Shown here piece after piece: positions 12,501-26,300 of a stretch of DNA of 64,000 nt. Positions within the stretch are counted from its first letter, which is position 1. Each line of letters opens with the position of its first letter. The position numbers and the translations under genes were made by a program. Under the pieces are notes generated by a model. It saw only the letters and a list, made by a program, of their open reading frames with translations, was not told the origin of the DNA and did not search any database. This DNA comes from Eledone cirrhosa (taxonomy: Eukaryota), in NCBI GenBank assembly GCA_964016885.1, contig OZ024744.1, positions 129,332,001 to 129,396,000 of the forward strand, read 5' to 3'.

Positions 12501-15500
12501 TTATGTTGGGGTTAAGTTAAGTTGGGGTTAAGTTAAGTTGGGGTTACATTAAGTTGGGGGTAAGTTAAGTTGGTGGTAAGTTAAGTTGGGGGTAAGTTAA
12601 GATGGGGTTAAGTTAAGTTGGGGTTAATTTAATTTGGGGTTAAGTTAAGTTAGGGTTAAGTTAAGTTGGGGTTATGTTAAGTTGGGGTTAAGTTAAGTTG
12701 GGGTTAAGTTAAGTTGGGGTTCAATTAAGTTGCGGTTAATTTAAGTTGGGTTTAAGTTAAGTTGGGGTTAAGTTAAGTTGGGGTTATGTTAAGTTGGTGT
12801 TAAGTTAAGTTGGGGATAAGTTAAGTTGGGGTTAAGTTAAGTTGGGGTTAAGTTAGGTTGGTGTTAAGTTAAGTTGGCGGTAAGTTAAGTTGGGGTTAAG
12901 TAAAGTTAGGGCTAAGTTAAGTTGGGGTTAAGTTAAGTTGGGGTTAATTTAAGTTGGGGTTACATTAAGTTGAGGTTAAGTTAAGTTGGGGTTAAGTTAA
13001 GTTGGGTTTAAGTTAAGTTGGGGCTAAATTAAGTTAGGGCTAAGTTAAGTTGGGGCTGAGTTAAGTTGGGGTTAATTTAAGTTGGGTTTAAGTTAAGTTG
13101 GGGTTAAGTTAAGTTGGGGTTATGTTAAGTTGGTGTTAAGTTAAGTTGGGGTTAAGTTAAGTTGGGGTTAAGTTAAGTTGGGGTTAAGTTAGGTTGGGGC
13201 TAAGTTAAGTTAGGGCTAAGTTAAGTTGGGGTTAAGTAAAGTTAGGGCTAAGTTAAGTTGGGGTTAAGTTAAGTTGGGGTTAATTTAAGTTGGGGTTACA
13301 TTAAGTTGAGGTTAAGTTAAGTTGGGGTTAAGTTAAGTTGGGTTTAAGTTAAGTTGGGGCTAAGTTAAGTTAAGGCTAAGTTAAGTTGGGGCTGAGTTAA
13401 GTTGGGGTTAAGTTAAGTTGGGGTTGAGTTAAGTTGGGGTTAAGTTAAGTTGGGGTTAAGTTAAGTTGGGGTTAAGTTAAGTTGGGGCTGAGTTAAGTTG
13501 GGATTACGTTAAGTTGGGGTTAAGGTAAGTTGGGGTAAAGTTAAGTTCGGGTTAAGTTAAGTTGGTGTTAAGTTAAGTTGGGGCTGAGTTAAGTTGGGGC
13601 TAAGTTAAGTTGGGTCTAAGTTAAGTTGGGGTTAAGTTAAGTTGGGGTTAAGTTAAGTTGGTGTTAAATTAAGTTGGGGTTAAGTTAAGTTGGTGTTAAG
13701 TTAAGTTGGGGTTAAGTTAAGTTGGGGTTAATTAAGTTGGGGTTAAGTTAAGTTGGGGTTAAGTTAATTGGGGTTAAATTAAGTTAGGGTTGAGTTAAGT
13801 TGGGGTTAAGTTAAGGTGGGGTTAATTTAAGTTGGGGTCAACTTAAGTTGGGGTTAAGTTAAGTTGGGGTTAAGTTAAGTTGGGGTTAAGTTAAGTTGGG
13901 GTTAAGTTAAGTTGGGGTTACGTTAAGTTGGGGGTAAGTTAAGTTGGTGGTAAGTTAAGATGGGGTTAAGTTAAGTTGGGGTTAATTTAATTTGGGGTTA
14001 AGTTAAGTTAGGGTTAAGTTAAGTTGGGGTTATGTTAAGTTGGGGTTAAGTTAAGTTGGGGTTAAGTTAAGTTGGGGTTCAATTAAGTTGGGGTTAAGTT
14101 AAGTTGGGGGTAAGATAAGTTGGGGTTAGTTAAGTTGGGGTTAAGTTAAGTTGGGGTTAAGTTAAGTTGGGGTTAAGTTAAGTTGGGGTTAAGTTAAGTT
14201 GGGGTTAAGTTAAGTTGGGGTTAAGTTAAGTTGGTGTTAAATTAAGTTGGGGTTAAGTTAAGTTGGTGTTAAGTTAAGTTGGGGTTAAGTTAAGTTGGGG
14301 TTAATTAAGTTGGGGTTAAGTTAAGTTGGGGTTAAGTTAATTGGGGTTAAATTAAGTTAGGGTTGAGTTAAGTTGGGGTTAAGTTAAGGTGGCGTTAAGT
14401 TAAGTTGGGGTCAACTTAAGTTGGGGTTAAGTTAAGTTGGGGTTAAGTTAAGTTGGGGGTAAGATAAGTTGGGGTTAGTTAAGTTGGGGTTAAGTTGGGG
14501 TTAAGTTAAGTTGGGGTTAAGTTGGGGTTAAGTTAAGTTAGGGTTAACTTAAGTTGGGGTTGTGTTAAGTGGTGGTTATGTTAAGTGGTGGTTATGTTAA
14601 GTTGGGGTTAAGTTAAATTGGGGTTAAGTTAGGTTGCGGTTAAGTTAAGTTGGGGTTAAGTTAAGTTGGGGTTAAGTTAATTAGGGTTAAGTTAAGTTGG
14701 GGTTAAGTTAAGTTGGGGTTAAGTTAATTTGTTGTTAAGTTAAGTTGGGGTTAAGTTAAGTTGGGGTTAAGTTAAGTTGGGGATAAGTTAAGTTGGGGAT
14801 AAGTTAAGTTGGGGTTAATTAAGTTGGGTTTAAGTTAAGTTGGGGTTAAGTTAAGTTGGGGTTAAGTTAAGTTGGGGTTAAGTTAAGTTGGTTAGTTAAG
14901 TTGAGTTTAAGTTAAGTTGGGGTTAATTTAAGTTGGGGTTAAGTTAAGTTGGGGTTAATTTAAGTTGGGATTAAGTTAAGTTGGGGTTAAGTTAAGTTGG
15001 GGTTCAGTTAAGTTGGGGTTAAGTTAAGTTGGGGTTAAGTTGGGGTAAAATTAAGTTGGGGTTAAGTTAAGTTGGGGTTAAGTTAAGTTGGGGTTAAGTT
15101 AAGTTGCGGTTAAGTTAAGTTGAGGTTAAGTTAAGTTGGAGTTAAGTTAAGTTGGGGTTAAGTTAAGTTGGGGCTAAGTTAAGTTGGGGCTAAGTTAAGT
15201 TGGGGCTAAGTTAAGTTGGGGTTAAGTTAACTTTGGGTTAAGTTAAGTTGGGTTTGAGTTAAGTTGGGGTTAATTAAGTTGGGGTTAAGTTAAGTTGGGG
15301 TTAATTTAAGTTGGGGTTATGTTAAGTTGGGGTTAAGTTAAGTTGGGGTTCAATTAAGTTGCGGTTAATTTAAGTTGGGGTTAAGTTAAGTTGGGGTTAA
15401 GTTAAGTTGGGGTTAAGTTAAGTTGGGGTTAAATTAAGTTGGGGTTAAATTAAGTTGGGGTTAAGTTAAGTTGGGGTTATGTTAAGTTGGTGTTAAGTTA

Positions 15501-16344
15501 AGTTGGGGTTAAGTTAAGTTGGGGTTAAGTTAGGTTGGTGTTAATTTAAGTTGGGGGTAAGTTAAGTTGGGGGTAAGTTAAGTTGGTGTTAAGTTAAGTT
15601 GGGGTTAAGTTAAGTTGGGGTTAAGTTAAGTTGGGGTTAAGTTAGGGTCGAGTTAAGTTGGGGTTAAGTTAAGTTGGGGTTAAGTTAAGTTGGGGTTAAT
15701 TTAATTTGTGGTTAAGTTAAGTTGGGGTTAAGTTAAGTTGGGGTTGAGTTAAGCTGGGGTTAAGTTAAGTTGAGGTTAAAGTTAAGTAGGGGTTAAATTA
15801 TGTTGGGGTTAAGTTAAGTTGGGGTTAAGTTAAGTTGGGGTTAAGTTAAGTTGGGGATAAGTTAAGTTGGGGATAAGTTATGTTGGGGTTAATTAAGTTG
15901 GGGTTAAGTTAAGTTGGGGTTAAGTTAAGTTGGTTAGTTAAGTTGAGTTTAAGTTAAGTTGGGCTTAATTTAAGTTGGGGTTAAGTTAAGTTGGGGTTAA
16001 GTTAAGTTGGGGTTAAGTTAAGTTGGGGTTAAGTTAAGTTGGGGTTCAGTCAAGTTGGGGTTAAGTTAAGTTGGGGTTAAGTTGGGGTAAAATTAAGTTG
16101 GGGTTAAGTTAAGTTGGGGTTAAGTTAAGTTGGGGTTAAGTTAAGTTGGGGTTAAGTTAAGTTGCGGTTAAGTTAAGTTGAGGTTAAGTTAAGTTGGGGT
16201 TAAGTTAAGTTGGGGTTAATTTAAGTTGGGGCTAAGTTAAGTTGGGGCTAAGTTAAGTTGGGGCTAAGTTAAGTTGGGGTTAAGTTAACTTTGGGTTAAG
16301 TTAAGTTGGGTTTGAGTTAAGTTGGGGTTAATTAAGTTGGGGTT

Positions 16345-19300
16345 AAGTTAAGTTGGGGTTAAGTTAAGTTGTGGTTAAGTTAAGTTGGGGTTAAGTTAAG
16401 TTGCGGTTAAGTTAAGTTGATGTTAAGTTAAGTTGGGGTTAAGTTAAGTTGGGGTTAAGTTAAGTTGGGGCTAAGTTAAGTTGGGGTTAAGTTAAGTTGG
16501 GGCTAAGTTAAGTTGGGGTTAAGTTAAGGTGGGGTTAAGTTAAGTTGGGGTCAACTTAAGTTGGGGTTAAGTTATGTTGGGGTTAAGTTAAGTTGGGGTT
16601 AAGTTAAGTTGGGGTTACATTAAGTTGGGGGTAAGTTAAGTTGGTGGTAAGTTAAGTTGGGGGTAAGTTAAGATGGGGTTAAGTTAAGTTGGGGTTAATT
16701 TAATTTGGGGTTAAGTTAAGTTAGGGTTAAGTTAAGTTGGGGTTATGTTAAGTTGGGGTTAAGTTAAGTTGGGGTTAAGTTAAGTTGGGGTTCAATTAAG
16801 TTGCGGTTAATTTAAGTTGGGTTTAAGTTAAGTTGGGGTTAAGTTAAGTTGGGGTTATGTTAAGTTGGTGTTAAGTTAAGTTGGGGATAAGTTAAGTTGG
16901 GGTTAAGTTAAGTTGGGGTTAAGTTAGGTTGGTGTTAAGTTAAGTTGGCGGTAAGTTAAGTTGGGGTTAAGTAAAGTTAGGGCTAAGTTAAGTTGGGGTT
17001 AAGTTAAGTTGGGGTTAATTTAAGTTGGGGTTACATTAAGTTGAGGTTAAGTTAAGTTGGGGTTAAGTTAAGTTGGGTTTAAGTTAAGTTGGGGCTAAGT
17101 TAAGTTAGGGCTAAGTTAAGTTGGGGCTGAGTTAAGTTGGGGTTAATTTAAGTTGGGTTTAAGTTAAGTTGGGGTTAAGTTAAGTTGGGGTTATGTTAAG
17201 TTGGTGTTAAGTTAAGTTGGGGTTAAGTTAAGTTGGGGTTAAGTTAAGTTGGGGTTAAGTTAGGTTGGTGTTAAGTTAAGTTGGCGGTAAGTTAAGTTGG
17301 CGGTAAGTTAAGTTGGTGTTAAGTTATGTTGGGGTTAAGTTAAGTTGGGGTTAAGTTAAGTTGGGTTTAAGTTAAGTTGGGGCTAAGTTAAGTTAGGGCT
17401 AAGTTAAGTTGGGGTTAAGTAAAGTTAGGGCTAAGTTAAGTTGGGGTTAAGTTAAGTTGGGGTTAATTTAAGTTGGGGTTACATTAAGTTGAGGTTAAGT
17501 TAAGTTGGGGTTAAGTTAAGTTGGGTTTAAGTTAAGTTGGGGCTAAGTTAAGTTAGGGCTAAGTTAAGTTGGGGCTGAGTTAAGTTGGGGTTAAGTTAAG
17601 TTGGGGTTGAGTTAAGTTGGGGTTAAGTTAAGTTGGGGTTAAGTTAAGTTGGGGTTAAGTTAAGTTGGGGCTGAGTTAAGTTGGGATTACGTTAAGTTGG
17701 GGTTAAGGTAAGTTGGGGTTAAGTTAAGTTCGGGTTAAGTTAAGTTGGTGTTAAGTTAAGTTGGGGCTGAGTTAAGTTGGGGCTAAGTTAAGTTGGGTCT
17801 AAGTTAAGTTGGGGTTAAGTTAAGTTGGGGTTAAGTTAAGTTGGGGTTAAGTTAAGTTGGGGTTAATTAAGTTGGGGTTAAGTTAAGTTGGGGTTAAGTT
17901 AATTGGGGTTAAATTAAGTTAGGGTTGAGTTAAGTTGGGGTTAAGTTAAGGTGGGGTTAAGTTAAGTTGGGGTCAACTTAAGTTGGGGTTAAGTTAAGTT
18001 GGGGTTAAGTTAAGTTGGGGTTAAGTTAAGTTGGGGTTAAGTTAAGTTGGGGTTACGTTAAGTTGGGGGTAAGTTAAGTTGGTGGTAAGTTAAGATGGGG
18101 TTAAGTTAAGTTGGGGTTAATTTAATTTGGGGTTAAGTTAAGTTAGGGTTAAGTTAAGTTGGGGTTATGTTAAGTTGGGGTTAAGTTAAGTTGGGGTTCA
18201 ATTAAGTTGCGGTTAATTTAAGTTGGGTTTAAGTTAAGTTGGGGTTAAGTTAAGTTGGGGTTATGTTAAGTTGGTGTTAAGTTAAGTTGGGGTTAAGTTA
18301 AGTTGGGGTTAAGTTAAGTTGGGGTTAAGTTAGGTTGGGTTTAAGTTAAGCTGGGGCTAAGTTAAGTTAGGGCTAAGTTAAGTTGGGATTAAGTAAAGTT
18401 AGGGCTAAGTTAAGTTGGGGTTAAGTTAAGTTGGGGTTAATTTAAGTTGGGGTTACATTAAGTTGAGGTTAAGTTAAGTTGGGGTTAAGTTAAGTTGGGT
18501 TTAAGTTAAGTTGGGGCTAAGTTAAGTTAGGGCTAAGTTAAGTTGGGGCTGAGTTAAGTTGGGGTTAAGTTAAGTTGGGGTTGAGTTAAGTTGGGGTTAA
18601 GTTAAGTTGGGGTTAAGTTAAGTTGAGGTTAAGTTAAGTTGGGGCTGAGTTAAGTTGGGGTTACGTTAAGTTGGGGTTAAGGTAAGTTGGGGTTAAGTTA
18701 AGTTCGGGTTAAGTTAAGTTGGTGTTAAGTTAAGTTGGGGCTGAGTTAAGTTGGGGCTAAGTTAAGTTGGGTCTAAGTTAAGTTGGGGTTAAGTTAAGTT
18801 GGGGTTAAGTTAAGTTGGTGTTAAATTAAGTTGGGGTTAAGTTAAGTTGGTGTTAAGTTAAGTTGGGGTTAAGTTAAGTTGGGGTTAATTAAGTTGGGGT
18901 TAAGTTAATTTGGGGTTAAGTTAATTGGGGTTAAATTAAGTTAGGGTTGAGTTAAGTTGGGGTTAAGTTAAGTTGGGGTTAAGTAAAGTTGGGGTTCAGT
19001 TAAGTTGCGGTTAAGTTAAGTTGGGGTTAAGTTAAGTTAGGCTTAACTTAAGTTGGGGTTAAGTTAAGTTGGGGGAGAGTTAAGTTGGGGGTAAGTTAAG
19101 TTGGGGTTAAGTTAAGTTGGGGTTAAGTTGGGGTTAAGTTAATTTAGGGTTAAGTTAAGTTGGGGTTGAGTTAAGTTGGGGTTAAGTTAAGTGGTGGTTA
19201 TGTTAAGTTGGGGTTAAGTTAAGTTGGGGTTAATTTAAATTGGGGTTAATTTAACTTTGTGGTTAAGTTAAGTTGGGGTTAATTTAAGTTGGGGTTAAGT

Positions 19301-22300
19301 TAAGTTGGGGTTAATTTAATTTGTGGTTAAGTTAAGTTGGGGTTAAGTTAAGTTGGGGTTGAGTTAAGCTGGGGTTGAGTTAAGTTGGGGTTGAGTTAAT
19401 TCGGGGTTAAGTTAAGTTGGGGTTAACTTAAGTTGGGTTTAATTTAAGTTGGGGTTAAGTTAAGTTGGGGTTATAATTAAGTTGGGGTTAAGTTAAGTTG
19501 GGGGTAAGATAAGTTGGGGTTAGTTAAGTTGCGGTTAAGTTAAGTTGGGGTTAAGTTAAGTTGGGGTTAAGTTAAGTTGGGGTTAAGTTAAGTTGGGGTT
19601 AATTTAAGTTGGGGTTAATTTAAGTTGGGGTAAAGTTAAGTTGGGGGTAAGTTAAGTTGGGGTTAAGTTAAGTTGGGGTTAAGTTGGGGTTAAGTTAAGT
19701 TAGGGTTAACTTAAGTTGGGGTTGTGTTAAGTGGTGGTTATGTTAAGTGGTGGTTATGTTAAGTTGGGGTTAAGTTAAGTTGGGGTTAAGTTAAATTGGG
19801 GGTAAGTTAAGTTGCGGTTAAGTTAAGTTGGGGTTAAGTTAAGTTGGGGTTAAGTTAATTAGGGTTAAGTTAAGTTGGGGTTAAGTTAAGTTGTGGTTAA
19901 GTTAAGTTGGGGTTAAGTTAAGTTGCGGTTAAGTTAAGTTGATGTTAAGTTAAGTTGGGGTTAAGTTAAGTTGGGGTTAAGTTAAGTTGGGGCTAAGTTA
20001 AGTTGGGGTTAAGTTAAGTTGGGGCTAAGTTAAGTTGGGGTTAAGTTAAGGTGGGGTTAAGTTAAGTTGGGGTCAACTTAAGTTGGGGTTAAGTTATGTT
20101 GGGGTTAAGTTAAGTTGGGGTTAAGTTAAGTTGGGGTTACATTAAGTTGGGGGTAAGTTAAGTTGGTGGTAAGTTAAGTTGGGGGTAAGTTAAGATGGGG
20201 TTAAGTTAAGTTGGGGTTAATTTAATTTGGGGTTAAGTTAAGTTAGGGTTAAGTTAAGTTGGGGTTATGTTAAGTTGGGGTTAAGTTAAGTTGGGGTTAA
20301 GTTAAGTTGGGGTTCAATTAAGTTGCGGTTAATTTAAGTTGGGTTTAAGTTAAGTTGGGGTTAAGTTAAGTTGGGGTTATGTTAAGTTGGTGTTAAGTTA
20401 AGTTGGGGATAAGTTAAGTTGGGGTTAAGTTAAGTTGGGGTTAAGTTAGGTTGGTGTTAAGTTAAGTTGGCGGTAAGTTAAGTTGGGGTTAAGTAAAGTT
20501 AGGGCTAAGTTAAGTTGGGGTTAAGTTAAGTTGGGGTTAATTTAAGTTGGGGTTACATTAAGTTGAGGTTAAGTTAAGTTGGGGTTAAGTTAAGTTGGGT
20601 TTAAGTTAAGTTGGGGCTAAGTTAAGTTAGGGCTAAGTTAAGTTGGGGCTGAGTTAAGTTGGGGTTAATTTAAGTTGGGTTTAAGTTAAGTTGGGGTTAA
20701 GTTAAGTTGGGGTTATGTTAAGTTGGTGTTAAGTTAAGTTGGGGTTAAGTTAAGTTGGGGTTAAGTTAAGTTGGGGTTAAGTTAGGTTGGTGTTAAGTTA
20801 AGTTGGCGGTAAGTTAAGTTGGCGGTAAGTTAAGTTGGTGTTAAGTTATGTTGGGGTTAAGTTAAGTTGGGGTTAAGTTAAGTTGGGTTTAAGTTAAGTT
20901 GGGGCTAAGTTAAGTTAGGGCTAAGTTAAGTTGGGGTTAAGTAAAGTTAGGGCTAAGTTAAGTTGGGGTTAAGTTAAGTTGGGGTTAATTTAAGTTGGGG
21001 TTACATTAAGTTGAGGTTAAGTTAAGTTGGGGTTAAGTTAAGTTGGGTTTAAGTTAAGTTGGGGCTAAGTTAAGTTAGGGCTAAGTTAAGTTGGGGCTGA
21101 GTTAAGTTGGGGTTAAGTTAAGTTGGGGTTGAGTTAAGTTGGGGTTAAGTTAAGTTGGGGTTAAGTTAAGTTGGGGTTAAGTTAAGTTGGGGCTGAGTTA
21201 AGTTGGGATTACGTTAAGTTGGGGTTAAGGTAAGTTGGGGTTAAGTTAAGTTCGGGTTAAGTTAAGTTGGTGTTAAGTTAAGTTGGGGCTGAGTTAAGTT
21301 GGGGCTAAGTTAAGTTGGGTCTAAGTTAAGTTGGGGTTAAGTTAAGTTGGGGTTAAGTTAAGTTGGGGTTAAGTTAAGTTGGGGTTAATTAAGTTGGGGT
21401 TAAGTTAAGTTGGGGTTAAGTTAATTGGGGTTAAATTAAGTTAGGGTTGAGTTAAGTTGGGGTTAAGTTAAGGTGGGGTTAAGTTAAGTTGGGGTCAACT
21501 TAAGTTGGGGTTAAGTTAAGTTGGGGTTAAGTTAAGTTGGGGTTAAGTTAAGTTGGGGTTAAGTTAAGTTGGGGTTACGTTAAGTTGGGGGTAAGTTAAG
21601 TTGGTGGTAAGTTAAGATGGGGTTAAGTTAAGTTGGGGTTAATTTAATTTGGGGTTAAGTTAAGTTAGGGTTAAGTTAAGTTGGGGTTATGTTAAGTTGG
21701 GGTTAAGTTAAGTTGGGGTTCAATTAAGTTGCGGTTAATTTAAGTTGGGTTTAAGTTAAGTTGGGGTTAAGTTAAGTTGGGGTTATGTTAAGTTGGTGTT
21801 AAGTTAAGTTGGGGTTAAGTTAAGTTGGGGTTAAGTTAAGTTGGGGTTAAGTTAGGTTGGGTTTAAGTTAAGCTGGGGCTAAGTTAAGTTAGGGCTAAGT
21901 TAAGTTGGGATTAAGTAAAGTTAGGGCTAAGTTAAGTTGGGGTTAAGTTAAGTTGGGGTTAATTTAAGTTGGGGTTACATTAAGTTGAGGTTAAGTTAAG
22001 TTGGGGTTAAGTTAAGTTGGGTTTAAGTTAAGTTGGGGCTAAGTTAAGTTAGGGCTAAGTTAAGTTGGGGCTGAGTTAAGTTGGGGTTAAGTTAAGTTGG
22101 GGTTGAGTTAAGTTGGGGTTAAGTTAAGTTGGGGTTAAGTTAAGTTGAGGTTAAGTTAAGTTGGGGCTGAGTTAAGTTGGGGTTACGTTAAGTTGGGGTT
22201 AAGGTAAGTTGGGGTTAAGTTAAGTTCGGGTTAAGTTAAGTTGGTGTTAAGTTAAGTTGGGGCTGAGTTAAGTTGGGGCTAAGTTAAGTTGGGTCTAAGT

Positions 22301-23388
22301 TAAGTTGGGGTTAAGTTAAGTTGGGGTTAAGTTAAGTTGGTGTTAAATTAAGTTGGGGTTAAGTTAAGTTGGTGTTAAGTTAAGTTGGGGTTAAGTTAAG
22401 TTGGGGTTAATTAAGTTGGGGTTAAGTTAATTTGGGGTTAAGTTAATTGGGGTTAAATTAAGTTAGGGTTGAGTTAAGTTGGGGTTAAGTTAAGTTGGGG
22501 TTAAGTAAAGTTGGGGTTCAGTTAAGTTGCGGTTAAGTTAAGTTGGGGTTAAGTTAAGTTAGGCTTAACTTAAGTTGGGGTTAAGTTAAGTTGGGGGAGA
22601 GTTAAGTTGGGGGTAAGTTAAGTTGGGGTTAAGTTAAGTTGGGGTTAAGTTGGGGTTAAGTTAATTTAGGGTTAAGTTAAGTTGGGGTTGAGTTAAGTTG
22701 GGGTTAAGTTAAGTGGTGGTTATGTTAAGTTGGGGTTAAGTTAAGTTGGGGTTAATTTAAATTGGGGTTAATTTAACTTTGTGGTTAAGTTAAGTTGGGG
22801 TTAATTTAAGTTGGGGTTAAGTTAAGTTGGGGTTAATTTAATTTGTGGTTAAGTTAAGTTGGGGTTAAGTTAAGTTGGGGTTGAGTTAAGCTGGGGTTGA
22901 GTTAAGTTGGGGTTGAGTTAATTCGGGGTTAAGTTAAGTTGGGGTTAACTTAAGTTGGGTTTAATTTAAGTTGGGGTTAAGTTAAGTTGGGGTTATAATT
23001 AAGTTGGGGTTAAGTTAAGTTGGGGGTAAGATAAGTTGGGGTTAGTTAAGTTGCGGTTAAGTTAAGTTGGGGTTAAGTTAAGTTGGGGTTAAGTTAAGTT
23101 GGGGTTAAGTTAAGTTGGGGTTAATTTAAGTTGGGGTTAATTTAAGTTGGGGTAAAGTTAAGTTGGGGGTAAGTTAAGTTGGGGTTAAGTTAAGTTGGGG
23201 TTAAGTTGGGGTTAAGTTAAGTTAGGGTTAACTTAAGTTGGGGTTGTGTTAAGTGGTGGTTATGTTAAGTGGTGGTTATGTTAAGTTGGGGTTAAGTTAA
23301 GTTGGGGTTAAGTTAAATTGGGGGTAAGTTAAGTTGCGGTTAAGTTAAGTTGGGGTTAAGTTAAGTTGGGGTTAAGTTAATTAGGGTT
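16345..23388 (+). repeat. Near-identical tandem duplication of 3522 bp
   Basis: A constant offset of 3522 holds for GTGG 16371/19893, GGGTCTAAG 17795/21317 and 18769/22291, GGGGGAGAG 19071/22593, and TTGTG 19722/23244. The junction is near 19870. Confidence 0.88.
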
Positions 23389-26300
23389 AAGTTAAGTTGG
23401 GGTTAAGTTAAGTTGGGGTTAAGTTAAGTTGGGGTTAAGTTAATTTGTGGTTAAGTTAAGTTGGGGTTAAGTTAAGTTGGGGTTAAGTTAAGTTGGGGAT
23501 AAGTTAAGTTGAGGATAAGTTAAGTTGGGGTTAATTAAGTTGGCTTTAAGTTAAGTTGGGGTTAAGTTAAGTTGGGGTTAAGTTAAGTTGGTTAGTTAAG
23601 TTGAGTTTAAGTTAAGTTGGGGTTAATTTAAGTTGGGGTTAAGTTAAGTTGGGGTTAAGTTAAGTTGGGGTTAAGTTAAGTTGGGGTTCAGTTAAGTTGG
23701 GGTTAAGTTGGGGTAAAATTAAGTTGGGGTTAAGTTAAGTTGCGGTTAAGTTAAGTTGAGGTTAAGTTAAGTTGGGGTTAAGTTAAGTTGGGGTTAAGTT
23801 AAGTTGGGGCTAAGTTAAGTTGGAGTTAAGTTAAGTTGGGGCTAAGTTAAGTTAGGGTTAAGTTAAGTTGGGGTTAAGTTAAGGTGGGGTTAAGTTAAGT
23901 TGGGGTCAACTTAAGTTGGGGTTAATTTAAGTTGGGGTTAACTTAAGTTGGGGTTAAGCTAAGTTGGGGTTAAGTTAAGTTGGGGTTAAGTTAAGTTGGG
24001 GTTACGTTAAGTTGGGGGTAAGTTAAGTTGGTGGTAAGTTAAGTTGGGGGTAAGTTAAGATGGGGTTAAGTTAAGTTGGGGTTAATTTAATTTGGGGTTA
24101 AGTTAAGTTAGGGTTAAGTTAAGTTGGGGTTGAGTTAAGTTGGGGTTAAGTTAAGTTGGGGTTATGTTAAGTTGGGGTTAAGTTAAGTTGGGGTTAAGTT
24201 AAGTTGGGGTTCAATTAAGTTGCGGTTAATTTAAGTTGGGGTTAAGTTAAGTTGGGGTTAAGTTAAGTTGGGGTTAAGTTAAGTTGGGGTTAAATTAAGT
24301 TGGGGTTAAATTAAGTTGGGGTTAAGTTAAGTTGGGGTTATGTTAAGTTGGTGTTAAGTTAAGTTGGGGTTAAGTTAAGTTGGGGTTAAGTTAGGTTGGT
24401 GTTAATTTAAGTTGGGGGTAAGTTAAGTTGGGGGTAAGTTAAGTTGGTGTTAAGTTAAGTTGGGGTTAAGTTAAGTTGGGGTTAAGTTAAGTTGGGGTTA
24501 AGTTAGGGTCGAGTTAAGTTGGGGTTAAGTTAAGTTGGGGTTAAGTTAAGTTGGGGTTAATTTAATTTGTGGTTAAGTTAAGTTGGGGTTAAGTTAAGTT
24601 GGGGTTGAGTTAAGCTGGGGTTAAGTTAAGTTGAGGTTAAAGTTAAGTAGGGGTTAAATTATGTTGGGGTTAAGTTAAGTTGGGGTTAAGTTAAGTTGGG
24701 GTTAAGTTAAGTTGGGGATAAGTTAAGTTGGGGATAAGTTAAGTTGGGGTTAATTAAGTTGGGGTTAAGTTAAGTTGGGGTTAAGTTAAGTTGGTTAGTT
24801 AAGTTGAGTTTAAGTTAAGTTGGGCTTAATTTAAGTTGGGGTTAAGTTAAGTTGGGGTTAAGTTAAGTTGGGGTTAAGTTAAGTTGGGGTTAAGTTAAGT
24901 TGGGGTTCAGTCAAGTTGGGGTTAAGTTAAGTTGGGGTTAAGTTGGGGTAAAATTAAGTTGGGGTTAAGTTAAGTTGGGGTTAAGTTAAGTTGGGGTTAA
25001 GTTAAGTTGGGGTTAAGTTAAGTTGCGGTTAAGTTAAGTTGAGGTTAAGTTAAGTTGGGGTTAAGTTAAGTTGGGGTTAATTTAAGTTGGGGCTAAGTTA
25101 AGTTGGGGCTAAGTTAAGTTGGGGCTAAGTTAAGTTGGGGTTAAGTTAACTTTGGGTTAAGTTAAGTTGGGTTTGAGTTAAGTTGGGGTTAATTAAGTTG
25201 GGGTTAAGTTAAGTTGGGGTTAAGTTAAGTTGTGGTTAAGTTAAGTTGGGGTTAAGTTAAGTTGCGGTTAAGTTAAGTTGATGTTAAGTTAAGTTGGGGT
25301 TAAGTTAAGTTGGGGTTAAGTTAAGTTGGGGCTAAGTTAAGTTGGGGTTAAGTTAAGTTGGGGCTAAGTTAAGTTGGGGTTAAGTTAAGGTGGGGTTAAG
25401 TTAAGTTGGGGTCAACTTAAGTTGGGGTTAAGTTATGTTGGGGTTAAGTTAAGTTGGGGTTAAGTTAAGTTGGGGTTACATTAAGTTGGGGGTAAGTTAA
25501 GTTGGTGGTAAGTTAAGTTGGGGGTAAGTTAAGATGGGGTTAAGTTAAGTTGGGGTTAATTTAATTTGGGGTTAAGTTAAGTTAGGGTTAAGTTAAGTTG
25601 GGGTTATGTTAAGTTGGGGTTAAGTTAAGTTGGGGTTAAGTTAAGTTGGGGTTCAATTAAGTTGCGGTTAATTTAAGTTGGGTTTAAGTTAAGTTGGGGT
25701 TAAGTTAAGTTGGGGTTATGTTAAGTTGGTGTTAAGTTAAGTTGGGGATAAGTTAAGTTGGGGTTAAGTTAAGTTGGGGTTAAGTTAGGTTGGTGTTAAG
25801 TTAAGTTGGCGGTAAGTTAAGTTGGGGTTAAGTAAAGTTAGGGCTAAGTTAAGTTGGGGTTAAGTTAAGTTGGGGTTAATTTAAGTTGGGGTTACATTAA
25901 GTTGAGGTTAAGTTAAGTTGGGGTTAAGTTAAGTTGGGTTTAAGTTAAGTTGGGGCTAAGTTAAGTTAGGGCTAAGTTAAGTTGGGGCTGAGTTAAGTTG
26001 GGGTTAATTTAAGTTGGGTTTAAGTTAAGTTGGGGTTAAGTTAAGTTGGGGTTATGTTAAGTTGGTGTTAAGTTAAGTTGGGGTTAAGTTAAGTTGGGGT
26101 TAAGTTAAGTTGGGGTTAAGTTAGGTTGGTGTTAAGTTAAGTTGGCGGTAAGTTAAGTTGGGGGTAAGTTAAGTTGGTGTTAAGTTATGTTGGGGTTAAG
26201 TTAAGTTGGGGTTAAGTTAAGTTGGGTTTAAGTTAAGTTGGGGCTAAGTTAAGTTAGGGCTAAGTTAAGTTGGGGTTAAGTAAAGTTAGGGCTAAGTTAA

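Larger units (their letters stand above)
1..19046 (+). repeat. Higher-order repeat of about 9.4-9.6 kb, two consecutive copies (about 1-9637 and 9638-19046)
   Basis: The rare marker GGGGGAGAG occurs at 25, 9662 and 19071 (spacings 9637, 9409). TCGA markers pair as 1941/11577 and 6113/15648. The order of variants is conserved between copies, with indels such as a 112-bp (7-monomer) deletion near 13190. Confidence 0.9.
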
